64,000 bases of DNA, from NCBI GenBank assembly GCA_951406725.2, contig OX597822.1, positions 77,748,001-77,812,000 on the forward strand, read 5' to 3'. The position numbers and the translations under genes were made by a program. Positions 38,840 to 52,604 of this stretch are shown piece by piece (the first letter of the stretch is position 1; every line of letters begins with the position of its first letter). The notes beneath the pieces are model-generated. The model was not told the DNA's origin, did no database searches, and worked only from the letters and a program-made list of their open reading frames with translations. This stretch comes from Octopus vulgaris. Lineage: Eukaryota.

Positions 38840-39050
38840 GTGTGTGTGTGTGTATATATATATATGTATTGTCAGTGGATCATCCGATAAAGAGGTATAT
38901 TCTAAAGAATAGAGCAGTAATATATTCATATGCAGTTAAGTGACCAATGGTTTCGCATCCGTAAAGCACTTAACTAAGTGCTGTTTGGATGTGAAACCAT
39001 TGGTTACTCTATGACTGGACATATATTTAACTGCATTATATATATATATA

Positions 39051-39760
39051 CTAGCATTAAAGAACCGTCGTTGCCGGGTCATAGTGCTAGTGCATGTATA
39101 TATGTGTACATATTACATGTACATCTATATATATACATCTACACATAAAATGCAAAATACAAAGTTATATCTTGATATCGCTAGTGATAACAATACTCAA
39201 AATATATAACAGACTGGAATTGTTAGCTCTTCTTTTTTCTCTACATTGTATACTTTATAGACAATAGTCTTTTCTTTAATTTAATTTTTTATTAACCATC
39301 TGGACCGTTCCATTTCTGCACACTAATTTTATTTTTAATTTATTCCCATTCATGTGAAACCACTTATTCAAGTTCAAATCATTGATGCAATTTTATACCA
39401 ATTGCTATTTTTACTTTTGTATGTTACGATTATATTATACTTTAGTTTGATTTTAATTATTACTTACTACATATAATTCAATTGTTATTATTATTTTTAT
39501 TGTTAAAGTGAAAGCATCTGACATAAAATAGAGAAATATTTTTGTTTCACTTTTAACACGTAATACTGAAATAGTGGAGAAGATATGATATTGCTATGGG
39601 CTCGCTCTAGGCAAGAAGTTGAACATTTTTTTTTGCCCATGAAACTACATGGACCCTAAGTAAGGCATGTGTAAAATTTGAATGAAATTGGTCGTGTAGT
39701 TCTCAAGTTTTAGGGAAACACACAGACAGACACACATTCTCAGTTTTATATATATAAAGA
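39051..39760 (-). mobile_element. Non-autonomous Helitron-like element
   Basis: Minus strand: A|TCtttatatatataaaactgagaatgtgtgtctgtctg... ending in a GC hairpin (ccggcaacgacgg) and CTAG|T. Confidence 0.75.
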
Positions 39761-41334
39761 TATCATCATTTAATGGCTGTTGTCCAAGCTGGCATGGGTT
39801 GGACACTTTGACTGGAGCTGTCATGCTGGAAGGCTACACCAGACTCCAGTTTTCTACAGCTGGATGCCCTTCCCATGGCCAACCACTCTGAGAGTGTAGT
39901 GGGTGTTTTTACATGCCACTGGCACGGGATTACATTTGTGTGTGGATGGTACCAGATTGGCTTTGTGCCTCAACTTATGTACCTAATTCAACTGAATCAT
40001 ATATATATAAGGCATCAGATGTGGTGTACAAGAGAGATGACTGCACTGGTATGGTCATTTGGTGCAAATGAACAAGGACAGCTGTGTAAAGAAGTGTCAA
40101 TCTCTAACTGTAAAAGGAAGACATGGGACGAGGTGGTGAAGCATGATCCTTGAACTCTGAGCCCCACAGTAGCAATGACTAGTGACTGAGACCTTTGGCA
40201 ATATGCTGTGCTTGAGAGGACCTGTCAAACCAAGTGAGCTCAAAGTCATGGCTGATGCTGGTGTCACATAATTGGCACCCATGCTGGAGGCATCTAATGA
40301 ACACTTTTCGAGTATTGGGACTCATGGAGGCAAAGTGGCTGAACACCTTTCGAGTGTTGGACCCCACAAAGGCAAAATGGCTGAGTTCCTTTTGAGCATT
40401 TGGTTTCATGGAGGCAAAGTAGCTGAGTTCCTCTCGAGTGTTGGGCCTCACGGAGGCAATGACCGAGAAGCATTATGTCGTGCTTGAGAAGAAGAGCCAC
40501 TAAGCAAAGCAAAATTGCAGTTGTGGCAGATACTGGTGTCACACAAATGGCACCTGTGCTGGTGGCACATAAAAGCACCAATTACACTCTTGGAGTGGTT
40601 GGTGCTAGGAATGGCATCCAGCCTTAGAAAACCAAGCCAAATCAAACTGGAGTCTGGTGCAGCCTTCCAGCATGCCAACCCCAGTTAAACCCTCCAACCC
40701 ATGCCAGCATGGACAATGGACTGTAAATGATGATGATGATGATTATTATTATATATCACGTTCAGATAAAAAGCACTATCCGAAAGTGATCGATACCAGT
40801 ACTCCCTGACTGGTCCCCATGTCGGTGGCACATAAAAAGCACTATCTGAACGTGATTGATGCCAGGCCCGCCTGACTGGCTCTTGTGCCTCCTGGCTTGC
40901 CAGGATATGAACTCAGAGCATAAAGAGCCAGATAAAATGCTATGAAGCATTTTCTCCGAATGTGCAAGCAATTCTACCAGTTAACCATCCTGAAAACTTT
41001 ATAGGTGCATGAGTGGCTGTGTGGTAAGTAGCTTGCTTCTGGGTTCAGTCTCACTGTGTGGCATCTTGGGCAAGTGTCTTCTACTATAGCCTCAGGCTGA
41101 CCAAAACCTTGTGAGTGGATTTGGTAGACAGAAACTGAAAGAACCCTGTCATATATATATATATATATCATCATCATCATCGGTTAACGTCCGCTTTCCA
41201 TGCTAGCATGGGTTGGACGGTTCAACTGGGGTCTGGCAAGCCCGAAGGCTGCACCAGGCCAGTCAGATCTGGCAGTGTTTCTACAGCTGGATGCCCTTCC
41301 TAACGCCAACCACTCCAAGAGTGTAGTGGGTGAT

Positions 41335-41590
41335 TTTATGTGCCACCGACACAGGTGCCAGGCGAGGCTGGCAGACGGCCACGCTCGGATGGTGTTTTTT
41401 ATGTGCCACCGACACAGGTGCCAGACGAGGCTGGCAGACGGCCACGCTCGGATGGTGTTTTTTATGTGCCACCGACACAGGTGCCAGACGAGGCTGGCAG
41501 ACGGCCACGCTTGGATGGTGTTTTCTTATGTGCTACCGACACAGGTGTCAGACGAGGCTGGCGAATGGCCACGCTCGGATGGTGTTTGTT
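41335..41590. repeat. Young CpG-rich 64-bp tandem repeat (~4 units) inside a SINE-like element
   Basis: ttttatgtgccaccgacacaggtgccagacgaggctggcagacggccacgctcggatggtgtt repeated. Confidence 0.9.
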
Positions 41591-44375
41591 ACGTGGCCAC
41601 AGCACGGAGGCCAGTCGATGCGGTACTGGCTACGGTCACGTTCGGATGGTTTTCTTATGTGCCACCGGCACTGGTACCACAAGGATACAAATTCCATTGA
41701 TGTTCATCTATTTTGATTTGGTTTGATTTGATTTGATATATATATATGTGTGTGTGTGTATGTTTGTGTGTCTGTGTTTGTCCCCCCAACATCACTTGAC
41801 AACCGATGCTGGTGTGTATATGTCCCCGTAACTTAGTGGTTCAGCAAAAGAGACCGATTGAATAAGTACTAGGCTTACAAAGAATAAGTCTTGGGGTCGA
41901 TTTGCTCGACTAAAGGCGGTGCTCCAGCATGGCCACAGTCAAATGACTGAAACGAGTAAAAGAGTAAAAAAAGAGAGAGAGAGAGAGAGAGAGTATTAAA
42001 CTTTGAATGTTCTGGTATGATCGTGTGATGTGTATGGACAAAGACAGCTGAGCCGATCTCCAACTGTAGAGGGAACCTGTGGTAGAGGTAGACCCAGGAA
42101 GACATGGGACAAACTGCTGAAGCACGATCTTCGAACTCTGAGCCTCACAGTAGCAATGACTAGTGACCGAGACTTTTGGCTATATGCTGTGCTTGAGAGG
42201 ACCTGTCAAGCCAAGTGAAATCAGCATCATGGCTGATGCTGGTGTCAACATAACTGGCACCCATGCTGGAGGCATCTAATGAAAACTTTTCGAGTATTGG
42301 GACTCATGGAGGCAAACTGGACGCCTTCAGCTTTGACCCTGCACACAGATGACCATGGGTGAAAAGAAGAAATTTCAGCTGTTTTCAGCTGAACCCTCAT
42401 TCATTGAAACAACAAGAGAGGCCACCATACAATCTACCCTTTGGTTATTCCATATTAATCCATGAGGAGCATAGGGCCAGTTTCCCAGATTCTGTTAAAG
42501 CACTCAAGAATTGCCTTAATGAATTTATTCTAACAGAAATAAATTGTAATAAGCTACTCAATTATATCATTTCCTCTTCCTCCAAGAAGAAGCGGGGGTG
42601 GGTGGGGGACAAATAAAAACGTTACGAAAACCATTGTGTCAGTATCTTGAAGAAAATGACAAAGGGAACTAACTCTTGAATATAAACTTGACTTTGAAGT
42701 TATTCCCCTTGTTTCTTGATTGTTCTTGTACTTCAAAATTATTAATGTACTAACATTCTATCTCTCACCCTCTGAACGCACGAGTATAGATTTGATGGAA
42801 AAGAAGGGAGGAAAAGAACAGAATTTACTATGTTGTTCATGTATACTAATATTACATGTCCAACAGTTCTTATCATACTTTATACACAAGCATTGTACAA
42901 TCCACTCTTTACTAAGAAAGTTTAGCTTTAAACTGCATCCGTTAGTGCGGTGTTGGTTTGAGAATTCCAGGGTTTCGTGGAGTATAGAATTACTCCTTAG
43001 CTACTGTCGCTCCCAGGTCAACTGTGACCTAGAGAGAATAGTAGCATCAGTATCAGGGCCCAGGTATGAGTTAAGTAGCATGGCGTGGAATTGCCTCCAG
43101 GAGATAACTCGTAAATACCACAATGGAAGAATAGCAGATGAAATCCTTTCAGTTATTTAGCTGCTCAGCTAAGAGAAGGTAACTCCATACATTTCCTTTA
43201 TCCCGAAAACGTCTTGGTTTGTAGCACCTGTTGCACCTGGCCAAAACAAGTTTGAAGGATGAGAGAGAGTGTTGCTCTTTTATAATAATATTTATTGTGC
43301 AGTTTGTTCAGCAGACATCAACACCAGCACCATCACACGTTCTTCATAAATTTAGTGGCTGTAGGGAAAGAGGTGATGAGGACAGCTAGAGGATACTACT
43401 GGACTTTTCAGCTTTGACCCTGCACACAGGTAACCATAGGGTGAAAAGTAATTTCAGCTGTTTTCAGCTGAACCCTCATTCATGGAAACAACAAGAGAAG
43501 CCATCATACAATCTACCCTTTTGTTAGTCCATATTACTCCATGAGGAGCATAGGGCCAGTTTCCCAGATTCTGTGCCATATATATTTCTCCCTGGATGGG
43601 ATGCCAGTCAATTGCAGGATTATTCATTTTATCAGGTAAGTGAACTGGAGCATTATGAAATGAAGTGCTTTGCTGACGAACACACCATATTACTTGATTC
43701 AGGAATCAAAATCTAACCATTAAGCCATGCACCTCCACATCATTCAACCCTTAGACATTATTATATCAAGTCCTAGGATTCATAGAGCTGGTTACTTGGT
43801 TTCTATGGCGAGATTACAACATTCTCCTTGAACAAAATACCAGGGTTACTTGTTGACAACTGGGCAGACTGGAGTAAAGTGCTTTGCTTAAGAGCACATC
43901 ATACTGACCTGTTTGGGAATCGAAACCACAGTCTTACAGTCATGAATCCAACACCCTAACCACTCTGCCATGCACCACCAATCTACCTTTTGCTTAGAGA
44001 GAAACCTTTTGAACCCTTAAACTTTAACTATGCTTTTGAGATACCCACTGCCACTCCTGTTTTTTAGGTCAGTGAAGTAACATCATCTGTCAACTACATT
44101 TAGGCAGCCTTCTGGACATTTGAAGGAACTTGGTTCCTTAAAGATGCATCAACAACATAAAAAGTCCTTCTCCATCAGGTTAAAATATTTTTCATGAAGC
44201 AATTTCAATTCACGCCTTTGTTTAATGCTTATGTTTAAATTAAAACAATTTTGTTCGGTCTATAGCAAGGTAAGGAACACATTGCTAATAATGATTTGTA
44301 TAACAGCCCAGCTTTCACTTTATTACTTTTCACACTCTTTCTCTCTTTTTAAATTTTTTTTTGTGTACCAAATAG

Positions 44376-44390
44376 GATTCCCAGCAATAA
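44376..44390 (+). CDS. C7orf25: Probable terminal coding exon of the C7orf25 orthologue (DSQQ-stop), followed by ~0.5 kb repeat-free putative 3' UTR
   Basis: Long polypyrimidine tract (about 44313-44365) then aatAG. In phase 0 it gives GAT TCC CAG CAA TAA, so the protein ends ...PIPKDSQQ* (human ...PLPKDYTTDSEH*). Repeat-free sequence continues to ~44925. Confidence 0.5.
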   Translation, partial: DSQQ

Positions 44391-44928
44391 AGATGTCTTC
44401 AAAATGAAAGCAGTACAGAAGAAACTTGTGGGTCATCATGTAACAAGGACATATACACACTACAAATGGTGTTTGCATTGGTAGCTGTTGCTGTGCATGA
44501 TTTCTGTGATATAATTCTTTGCATATCTCGGAATGTTGAATACCAGGATGTCCGTAGGAGATATTATTTCCAGCCGAATACCAGAGTAAATTTTGCCTGT
44601 CATAATGTATTTACATTAAGTTTAATACACAAATGACTGTGTGTGTGTGTTATTTTATAGTTAAAGTTGGTTTTATCCTGCTTCTCCCTGGGATTGGTAT
44701 ACCAGGTAGTATATCAATGAAGAAATATTTTCGATGGGAATATTAATGTTCAGTGCAATGAAGTGGTTGAACTTATTTTTCTATATCCAGTAAATCAATG
44801 GTGTTCTATTTCACAGCAATAATCTGCTCAGAATAACTTTATTTTCATGACTGCATTTTGACATTAACTATCTTTTTGTCACTAAGTATCTATTTGTATT
44901 GTATGGTATATCTGTGTAGTACATAAGT

Positions 44929-44971
<43 letters not shown>

Positions 44972-45460
44972 CTAGCAGTATAACCCGGCCTTGCCCGGGA
45001 TTAAGTTACGATTATTAAGCTAATCAAGTTCTTTATTTCAAACCAAACTAAGTAATATTGACGTCAAATTTGGGCAAAATCCGTTGAAATTGGTTATATT
45101 ATATATATATTGTATATATTATATATATATAATATATAATATAATATATGGGCAACAGACACGAACTCGCATGTACGTACACCTATTGCATGTTTTGTGC
45201 ATGCATACATGTTCATAAACAGAAATGAATGGGAAAATGTTATTAAATTTGAAGATTAACACTCGCACGATTTTCACTAAGAAAAATAATCGATTTTTTT
45301 GCGTGGAATCAACTACTCTGGCCTCCTAATATGCTACAAAAACCCTTTTTGTGGTCTGTGAAATGGAGTGGGTGTGGTGGAAGCCTTGGAAATTGTACCC
45401 ATTTATATTGTGCAATTCACTGACAAATTGCTACTCACCTCTTTGTTTCTTTGTTGTTAA
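44972..45460 (-). mobile_element. Helitron-like 3' end (5' boundary uncertain)
   Basis: a|ctag-cagtataa-cccggccttgcccggg hairpin, same architecture as at 39051. Confidence 0.55.
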
Positions 45461-46096
45461 ATAAATGGATTGTCAACAAAACACTTTTTTACTCGGCGTA
45501 AAATAAAAACAAAACTCTTTCGCACCCAAAGTAATGTGTGTGAGAGAGAGTGGGGAGAAAGATGAACGATTTAAAATAAATATATTGTAATTGTTGTGTG
45601 AGAAAGTATATATACTATGATTATAAAATATAGTGTCTTTCAAAACATCCTGAATTTGAACACTATATCTCGTGTTTAAGAAAAGACAAAACATTTTACA
45701 TTTTATATTTTATGAACGTCGTCACTTACTCTCTGTCCCTCTCTCATTTTGTCTTTCACATGAAACTCTCTGCCTCTCTTCTTCCACTTTTCTTTATCTT
45801 GTTTTTTTGTTAGACGCTGTCAAAAAGATATGGCTGAAAATAGATTTTTACCGCTATCCGCGGGTGCCTCAGGAAAAAATAAGTTGACAAAACCCAGAGA
45901 GGACTGGGTTGACAAATGTCCTCCTAAAATTTTGAGCGACATGCGTGCTAATTTGTGGATGTGCATAAACTACAATCACGTACACACACATCTTGCTGTA
46001 TATATATACAGATATATATATGTATTCCCAACCACATGGTTTTGTGTTCAGTACTATTGCGTGACACCTTGGGCCGACCAAAGACTTGTGAGTATA

Positions 46097-46385
46097 TCTG
46101 GGGAAAATTTTCAAATAATTTTTCGAAAGATTTTTTTTAAATTTTTGAAAAATTATTCGAAAATCTTCCCCAAAAATTTTTGAAAAATTATTTGAAAATT
46201 TTCCCCAAATAATTTTTCTAAAATTTTGGGGGAAAATTTTCAAATAATTTTTCTAAAATTTTGGCAGAAAATTTTCAAATAATTTTTCAAAAATTTTTGG
46301 GGAAAATTTCGAAAAATTTTTCAAAAAGTTTTGGGGAAAATTTATGAAAAATGTTTCGAAAATTTTTGAAAAATTTTTGAAAAAT
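46097..46385. repeat. A/T-tract minisatellite (ggggaaaattttcaaataatttttc) in both orientations
   Basis: Units of ~35 bp; 46150-46215 is inverted relative to the flanking units. Confidence 0.75.
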
Positions 46386-48859
46386 CATGGGTGGTTGATA
46401 ATACAAATCGACTTGGAACGAGCAAAGGAACGCACCAGTCACTGGATATATGAAGTGAACAGGTGAAGAAAGTAACTAATTTAGAAAGGTAGTGAAGAAT
46501 AATCTAGGATGCGAAATTTTCCGCTGCATGTACTCAGGAACGGTGCCATAGACGTTTTCGATTCTAGAAAGCAAGCAATATTGCTTGGCAATATTCCTAC
46601 GATTTCTCGAAGACCTGCCGTCTAGTGAGTATCTAGTCGTTTGTGTTGCATCCAGGACAGAAATAAGCCACACTATTTTCCAGCTAGCTTGGACTCGACA
46701 CTATCCCTCCATCTCTTTTCCAAACACCTAGCGTAGAGTTTACCAGGGAGGCACAACAAGGAGTTCCCTCTCTCTTGTTTCCTTTTTTGAAACTACTACG
46801 GACTATCATTGTTTTGGTGTCTTTCTAGAGGTCCAAACCACCTGACATTCACGAGTATGATGGTCACTTTTGATAGGACTCTATGGAAGAAGTGCCTGAG
46901 GAATCTACACCTACGACTCTCCCAAGAATAGTGGGCAGCAAAAATCGATGGTTGGATGGAAGAAAGAGTAAGGTAAAGTAAGAAAAGCTGTAAGAGAAAA
47001 AGATAAAAACATACAAATTGTATTAACCCTTAAACGTCAGGAGAGGGTTGCACTGAGGTGTGTATCAAACGGGTAAAATCTATTTTTCTTAGAGGTATTT
47101 TTATACTTACTTTCAATTTAATTAAGAACAAAAGTTATAACAAACTGGCACTCCGTCGGTTACGACGAGGGTTCCAGTTGATCCGATCAACGGAACAGCC
47201 TGCTCTTGAAATTAACGTGCAAGTGGCTGAGTACCCTTAACGTAGTTCTCAGGGAGATTCAGCGTGACACATTCAATGTAACAAGTCTGGACCATTGAGC
47301 AACAGATACAACTCAATTTTACCAGCTGAGTGCACTGGAGCAACGTGAAATAAAGTGTCTTGCTCAAGGACACGACACAACACCGGAAATCGAACTCATG
47401 ACCTTACGATCGGGAGCCAAGTATAGTAAACACTAAGCCAAGCACCTTCGCACAAAACCTACGATAATTGTTTTGTCTTAGACGCAGTAAAAGTTACAAT
47501 CTCATTATCGAAAAGTGCTGTAAAACATTCATTTTCCTTTGATGACGGCCGTATCCATGTAAAATTTATGAAACATCAATTGATGATGTTCGCCATTTAA
47601 GGGTTAAAGAAGCTAAGAAAGATAAATTGGAGTGAAAAAAGAATAAGAAGGAAAATGAAAGAAGAGAAGTAAAGAAAAGTTTGGAGAGGAAAACAGTTAA
47701 AATGAAAAAGGAATTGAAAAAAGTGATGAATACGTTTCGGAAAGGAAAACTGAAGAAGGTGGAAATCGAAAGCCGAAATGAAAGGGTTTGATAAAGAAAG
47801 GAGATAGAAATCAAATTGGTGAACGAAAGAATGAATGAGGAGTTGCAGAACAAATGGGAAAGAAACTATTGAAGGAATGGTGTAAAATGCAAATATGGGA
47901 AGAAACCAGTAGCGTAGCTGGAGCAGTCCAACCCGGGTGACGCTTTCATGAAAGTGGAACTGTTGGGTCTTGGAGAGCTGAAGTGGGTTCAGTAAATTGA
48001 AGGGCTGCTCCAGACGGTACAGTCAAGCTATGCCCCGAGAAGAAGTAGAAAATAGAGAGAGAGAAAAGGAAGGAAATTAATTATGATTGATGTTGGGATT
48101 TGTAGGAATGTTTTATCGTGAAGTTCTTTAAATGAAGATCGGGGGCAAAGAAAGTAAAAACAAAAAAAGAGAAAAGAAAAAATAATATAAAGTAAGATTA
48201 AATGCAGGAGAAACTTCGAGAACGAAAGTAAAAAAAAAAAAACTCTAGAAAATGGAGAGAGGTGGGGAATAGGGAGAAAGAGCGAGAGAAGAAAAATACA
48301 ACCTTGGTTAAAAGAGAGTAACATGAAGAATGAAAAAGTGGAAGATTTTTCAAGGGGAAAGTGAAGGAAAAATGGAAGAGGGAAAGACTGAATAAAAGTC
48401 AGTGTTGTTTGGAGACAAGGAAAGAATTAGTGAGGATTCGGTTGTGGTGGTCATCCTTATCAATCTTTTATCTTATGTCGTTTACTTGTTTCAGTCATTA
48501 GACTGCTGCCATGCTAGGGCACCGGCTTGAAGGATTTTTAATCGAATGAAACGACTTTTTTTTTTATATATATAAGCCTTCGGTCTTTTTTGCCGAACCG
48601 CTGTGTTACGGGGACAGAAATACACCAGCATCGGTTGCCAAGCAGTGTGTGAGGAAACCAAATACAGACACAAACACACACACACATATATACGTTTGTC
48701 GGGCTTCTTTTCAGTTTCCCTCTACCTAATCCACTCACAAGGCTTTGGTCGGCCCGAGACTAGTAGAAGACACTTGCCCAAGGTGCCACACTGTGGGACT
48801 GAACCCGGAATAACGTAATGTGGGAAACAAACTTCACCCCACACAGCCACTCTTATGGT

Positions 48860-49290
48860 CACGGACGTTGGGTAACGACCGAAAGATCATGAATGTTATT
48901 CGTGGCTGAAACAAGGTTCATCCGAACGATCTCAGGAATAACATTATTCGACAAGGCGCGTAACTTGGAGGTCAGAGTGTTTCTCCAAGTCAACCCGCTA
49001 CTTCTCCGCATCGAAAGATCTCAGCTCTAGTACTAAGGACACGTGATTAGAATGACGCTGGAAAGGATTGCAAGGCGGATTCTTGAAGCCGAACCGACTG
49101 ACAGGAGACCTAGGGGTTGATTAAAACGAGATAGCTGGATAATATCAATTGTCTCAATTGGTCATGCTTGGAAATCCAACCGTGAAGTGTAATGAAGGCT
49201 TCTGATAGGATCCTATGGCGTAGCTGCCCGAGGACTCTACCCACCTCCACGGCCTTCGCAAGAATAATGGACAGAGGAAATGGATGGACG
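48860..49290 (+). mobile_element. RTE-like LINE 3' fragment
   Basis: PLLLRIERSQL..GHVIRM...ILEAEPTDRRPRG, typical of the RTE C-terminus. Confidence 0.6.
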
Positions 49291-51274
49291 GAATAAAAGA
49301 TGTAGTGGCGACAGAAAAACAGCGCATTGTCAAGAATGAATGGTTAAGAACCTCGATGATAAACGATCTTTGTGCTTTTCGTCACTGTTTACAATTTTGT
49401 TCCAGTTGTTTCCAAGTTTGGTATATGGATTAAGTTTTGTATACTAATTATGAAAATGAAATTCATTTTCCCTATAAATCCATAATCAAAAAGTTATTAG
49501 CCTTTAAAATATGCAAAATTTGGGTGTTTTAGCCAATCAGAAGCGAATATTTTTTTGTATCACCGTTGCGAAAATTTCTGTTTCTATAGTCACCAAAGCA
49601 AAGAAACATCACGTGTTGTAACCAAAGATGCTGCGCATGCGCACAAGGAAGAGAAGGAGATAAGAGAAAAATAATTTATCTTATAAAATCCTAGTTTAAT
49701 GTTCCGACATGCCGATACCCACCTCCCTCCGATGATGGAAGAAGCAGCAAACGTGTTGTTTTCTGATTGGCTGTAAATTCTGGAAATTATCAAACTCTGA
49801 ATAACTAACAATTTTACAATTTTTTTCTGGAGTAAATGACTAACAAATTCGGATCTAGTGTTCAAAATTACATCTGTATGATACATTAAATTTTTTTTTA
49901 ACAGTGAGTAAAACCACAAAGATCCAAAGAATCAAATAGAGAAGAAAAGAGCAAAAGATGGAAAGGGTAAAGGAAAGAAGAACGAAAACAAATGAAATAC
50001 TAAGAAAGAAAAAGGTGTGATGAATGAAAACGAAAGTAGACAAAGTAAGAAACAACGTAGAGAAAGAATAAAAAAAAAAAAGCACAGAGTGTGCGAATAA
50101 GGAATGGAGAGTAAGAATGAAAACACGAAGTATAGAAGTTTGCTTCCCAACCTCAAGATTCAAGGTTCGGTCCCACTGCTTGGCACCTTGAACGATTGTC
50201 TTTTTACTGCAGCTTCGGGCCAACGAAAGCTTTGTGAGTGGATTAAGTACACGGAAACTGAAAGAAGCCCGTCGAGTATATACATTGTGTGTGTGTGAGT
50301 GTTTTGTGCCTATGTTTGTCCGGTGATGGTGCTTGATAACCGGTGATGGTTTGTTTACCTCCTCGTAACATGGCGGTTTGGTTAAAGAGCCCGGTAGAAT
50401 AAGTACCAAACTGTGAAGAAAAAAAAAAGGAAAGAAAAAGTCACAGGAGTTGAGCATGGCCGAAGTCAGAAAAACGCGTTAATGTAATAAAGTCAAAAGA
50501 AAGATTAAATATAAGTGAGAATGAAATTTGTAAAGGAAAGATGTAGGCGTAGGAGTAGCTGTGTGGTAAGTAACTTGCTTACCGAACACAAGGTTCCGGG
50601 TCCAGTCCCACTGTGTGGCACCTTGGGGAAGTGTTTTCTACTATAGACTCGGGCCGACCAAAGCCTTGTGAGGGGATGTGGGAGACGGAAACTGAAAGAA
50701 GTCCGTCTTATATATATGCCCTAATATTAGACTATTTTTTTTACAATCAATATACAGTGATTCTATTTACTAAAAGAAAGAAAAGCAGGGAGCCTATAAA
50801 TTCAAAATGGGTTGATTGATAGGAATCTTAAAGGACTGAATGTCATAGACGAGATGAAGTTCCAGAGAGGAGCGATTTGAGGATAGGAAGGACAACGGAG
50901 AAATAATGCGCCTGGGAAGAGAAACAGACGACACGTTTAAGTCCTGACAAAGAGTACTAGACTGAAAGTGTATCAGAGCAATAACCATAAATATGACATG
51001 ACTGTGTATATGTTTATGTTTGTCTCCCCAACATCGCTTGACAACTGATGCTGGTGTGTTTACGTCCCCGTAATTTAGCGGTTCGGCAAAAGAGATTCCG
51101 ATAGCATAAGTACACAGGCTTACAAAGAATAAGTCCTGGGGTCGATTTGCTCGACTGAAGGCGGTGCTCCAGCATGGCCACAGTCAAATGACTAAAACAA
51201 GTAAAAGAGTAAAAGAGGAAGAGGAAGAAAACTTAAGAGAATAAATAGAAAAAAAAAGATAAAAATGAAATATT

Positions 51275-52475
51275 CTTTTCTGCTCTAGGCACAAGGCCCG
51301 AAATCTTTGTGGGAAGTAAGGCCAGTCGATTAGATCGATCCAAGTACGCAACTAGTGCTTAATTTGCCTATTTCTTTATTGCCCACACAGGGCTAAACAC
51401 AGAGGGGACAATCAGAGACAGACAAAGGGATTAAGTCGATTACATCGATCCCAGTACGAAACTGGTACTTATTTAAACGACCCCGAAAGGGTGAAAGGCA
51501 AAGTCGACCTCGGCGGAATTTGAACTCAGAATACAGACGAAATACCGCCAAGCTCACCGCCTTTCCGAACGTATATATTCTTTTCTACTCTAGGCACAGG
51601 GCCCGATATTTTTTGGTGGAGTGGGGCCAGTCAATTAGATCGACCTCAGTACACAACTGGTATTTAATTTATCAGCCCTGAAAGGATGAAAGACACAGTC
51701 AACCTTAGCGGAATTTGAATTCAGAACGTAGTGGCAGACGAAATACCTATTTCTTTACTACCCACAAGGGGCTAAACACAGAGGGAACAAACAAGGACAG
51801 ACAAACAGATTAAGTCGATTATATCGACCCCAGTGCGCAACTGGTACTTATTTAATCGACCCCAAAAAGATGAAAGGCAAAGTCGACCTCGGCGGAATTT
51901 GAACTCAGAACGTAACGGAAGACCAAATACCTATTTCTTTACTATCCACAAGGAGCTAAACATAGAGAGGACAAACAAGGACAGACAAACGAATTAAGTC
52001 GATTACTGATACTTAATTTATCGACCCCGAAAGGATGAAAGGCAAAGTCGACCTCGGCGGAATTTGAACTCAGAACGTAACGGAAGACCAAATACCTATT
52101 TCTTTACTATCCACAAGGAGCTAAACATAGAGAGGACAAACAAGGACAGACAAACGAATTAAGTCGATTACTGATACTTAATTTATCGACCCCGAAAGGA
52201 TGAAAGGCAAAGTCGACCTCGGCGGAATTTGAACTCAGAACGTAACGGAAGACCAAATACCTATTTCTTTACTATCCACAAGGAGCTAAACATAGAGAGG
52301 ACAAACAAGGACAGACAAACGAATTAAGTCGATTACTGATACTTAATTTATCGACCCCGAAAGGATGAAAGGCAAAGTCGACCTCGGCGGAATTTGAACT
52401 CAGAACGTAGCGGTAGGTGAAAGACCGCTAAGCATTTCGCCCGGTGTGCTAACGTTTCTGCCAGCTCGCTGCCTT
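51275..52475 (-). repeat. Tandem array of SINE family B cores, including ~3 exact 165-bp units
   Basis: gattactgatacttaatttatcgaccccg recurs at 52001, 52166 and 52331. Similar arrays at 56520-57810, 59390-59750 and 61470-62290. Confidence 0.9.
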
Positions 52476-52604
52476 GAATAAACGAAAATATTTCTATAAC
52501 TATATCTATGGTGAAGGTGCGTAGTTTAGTGGTTAAGGTTTTCGGCTCACGATCGTGAGTTCGATTCCCGGCAGCGCGCTCTGTACTTGAGCAAGACACT
52601 TTAT

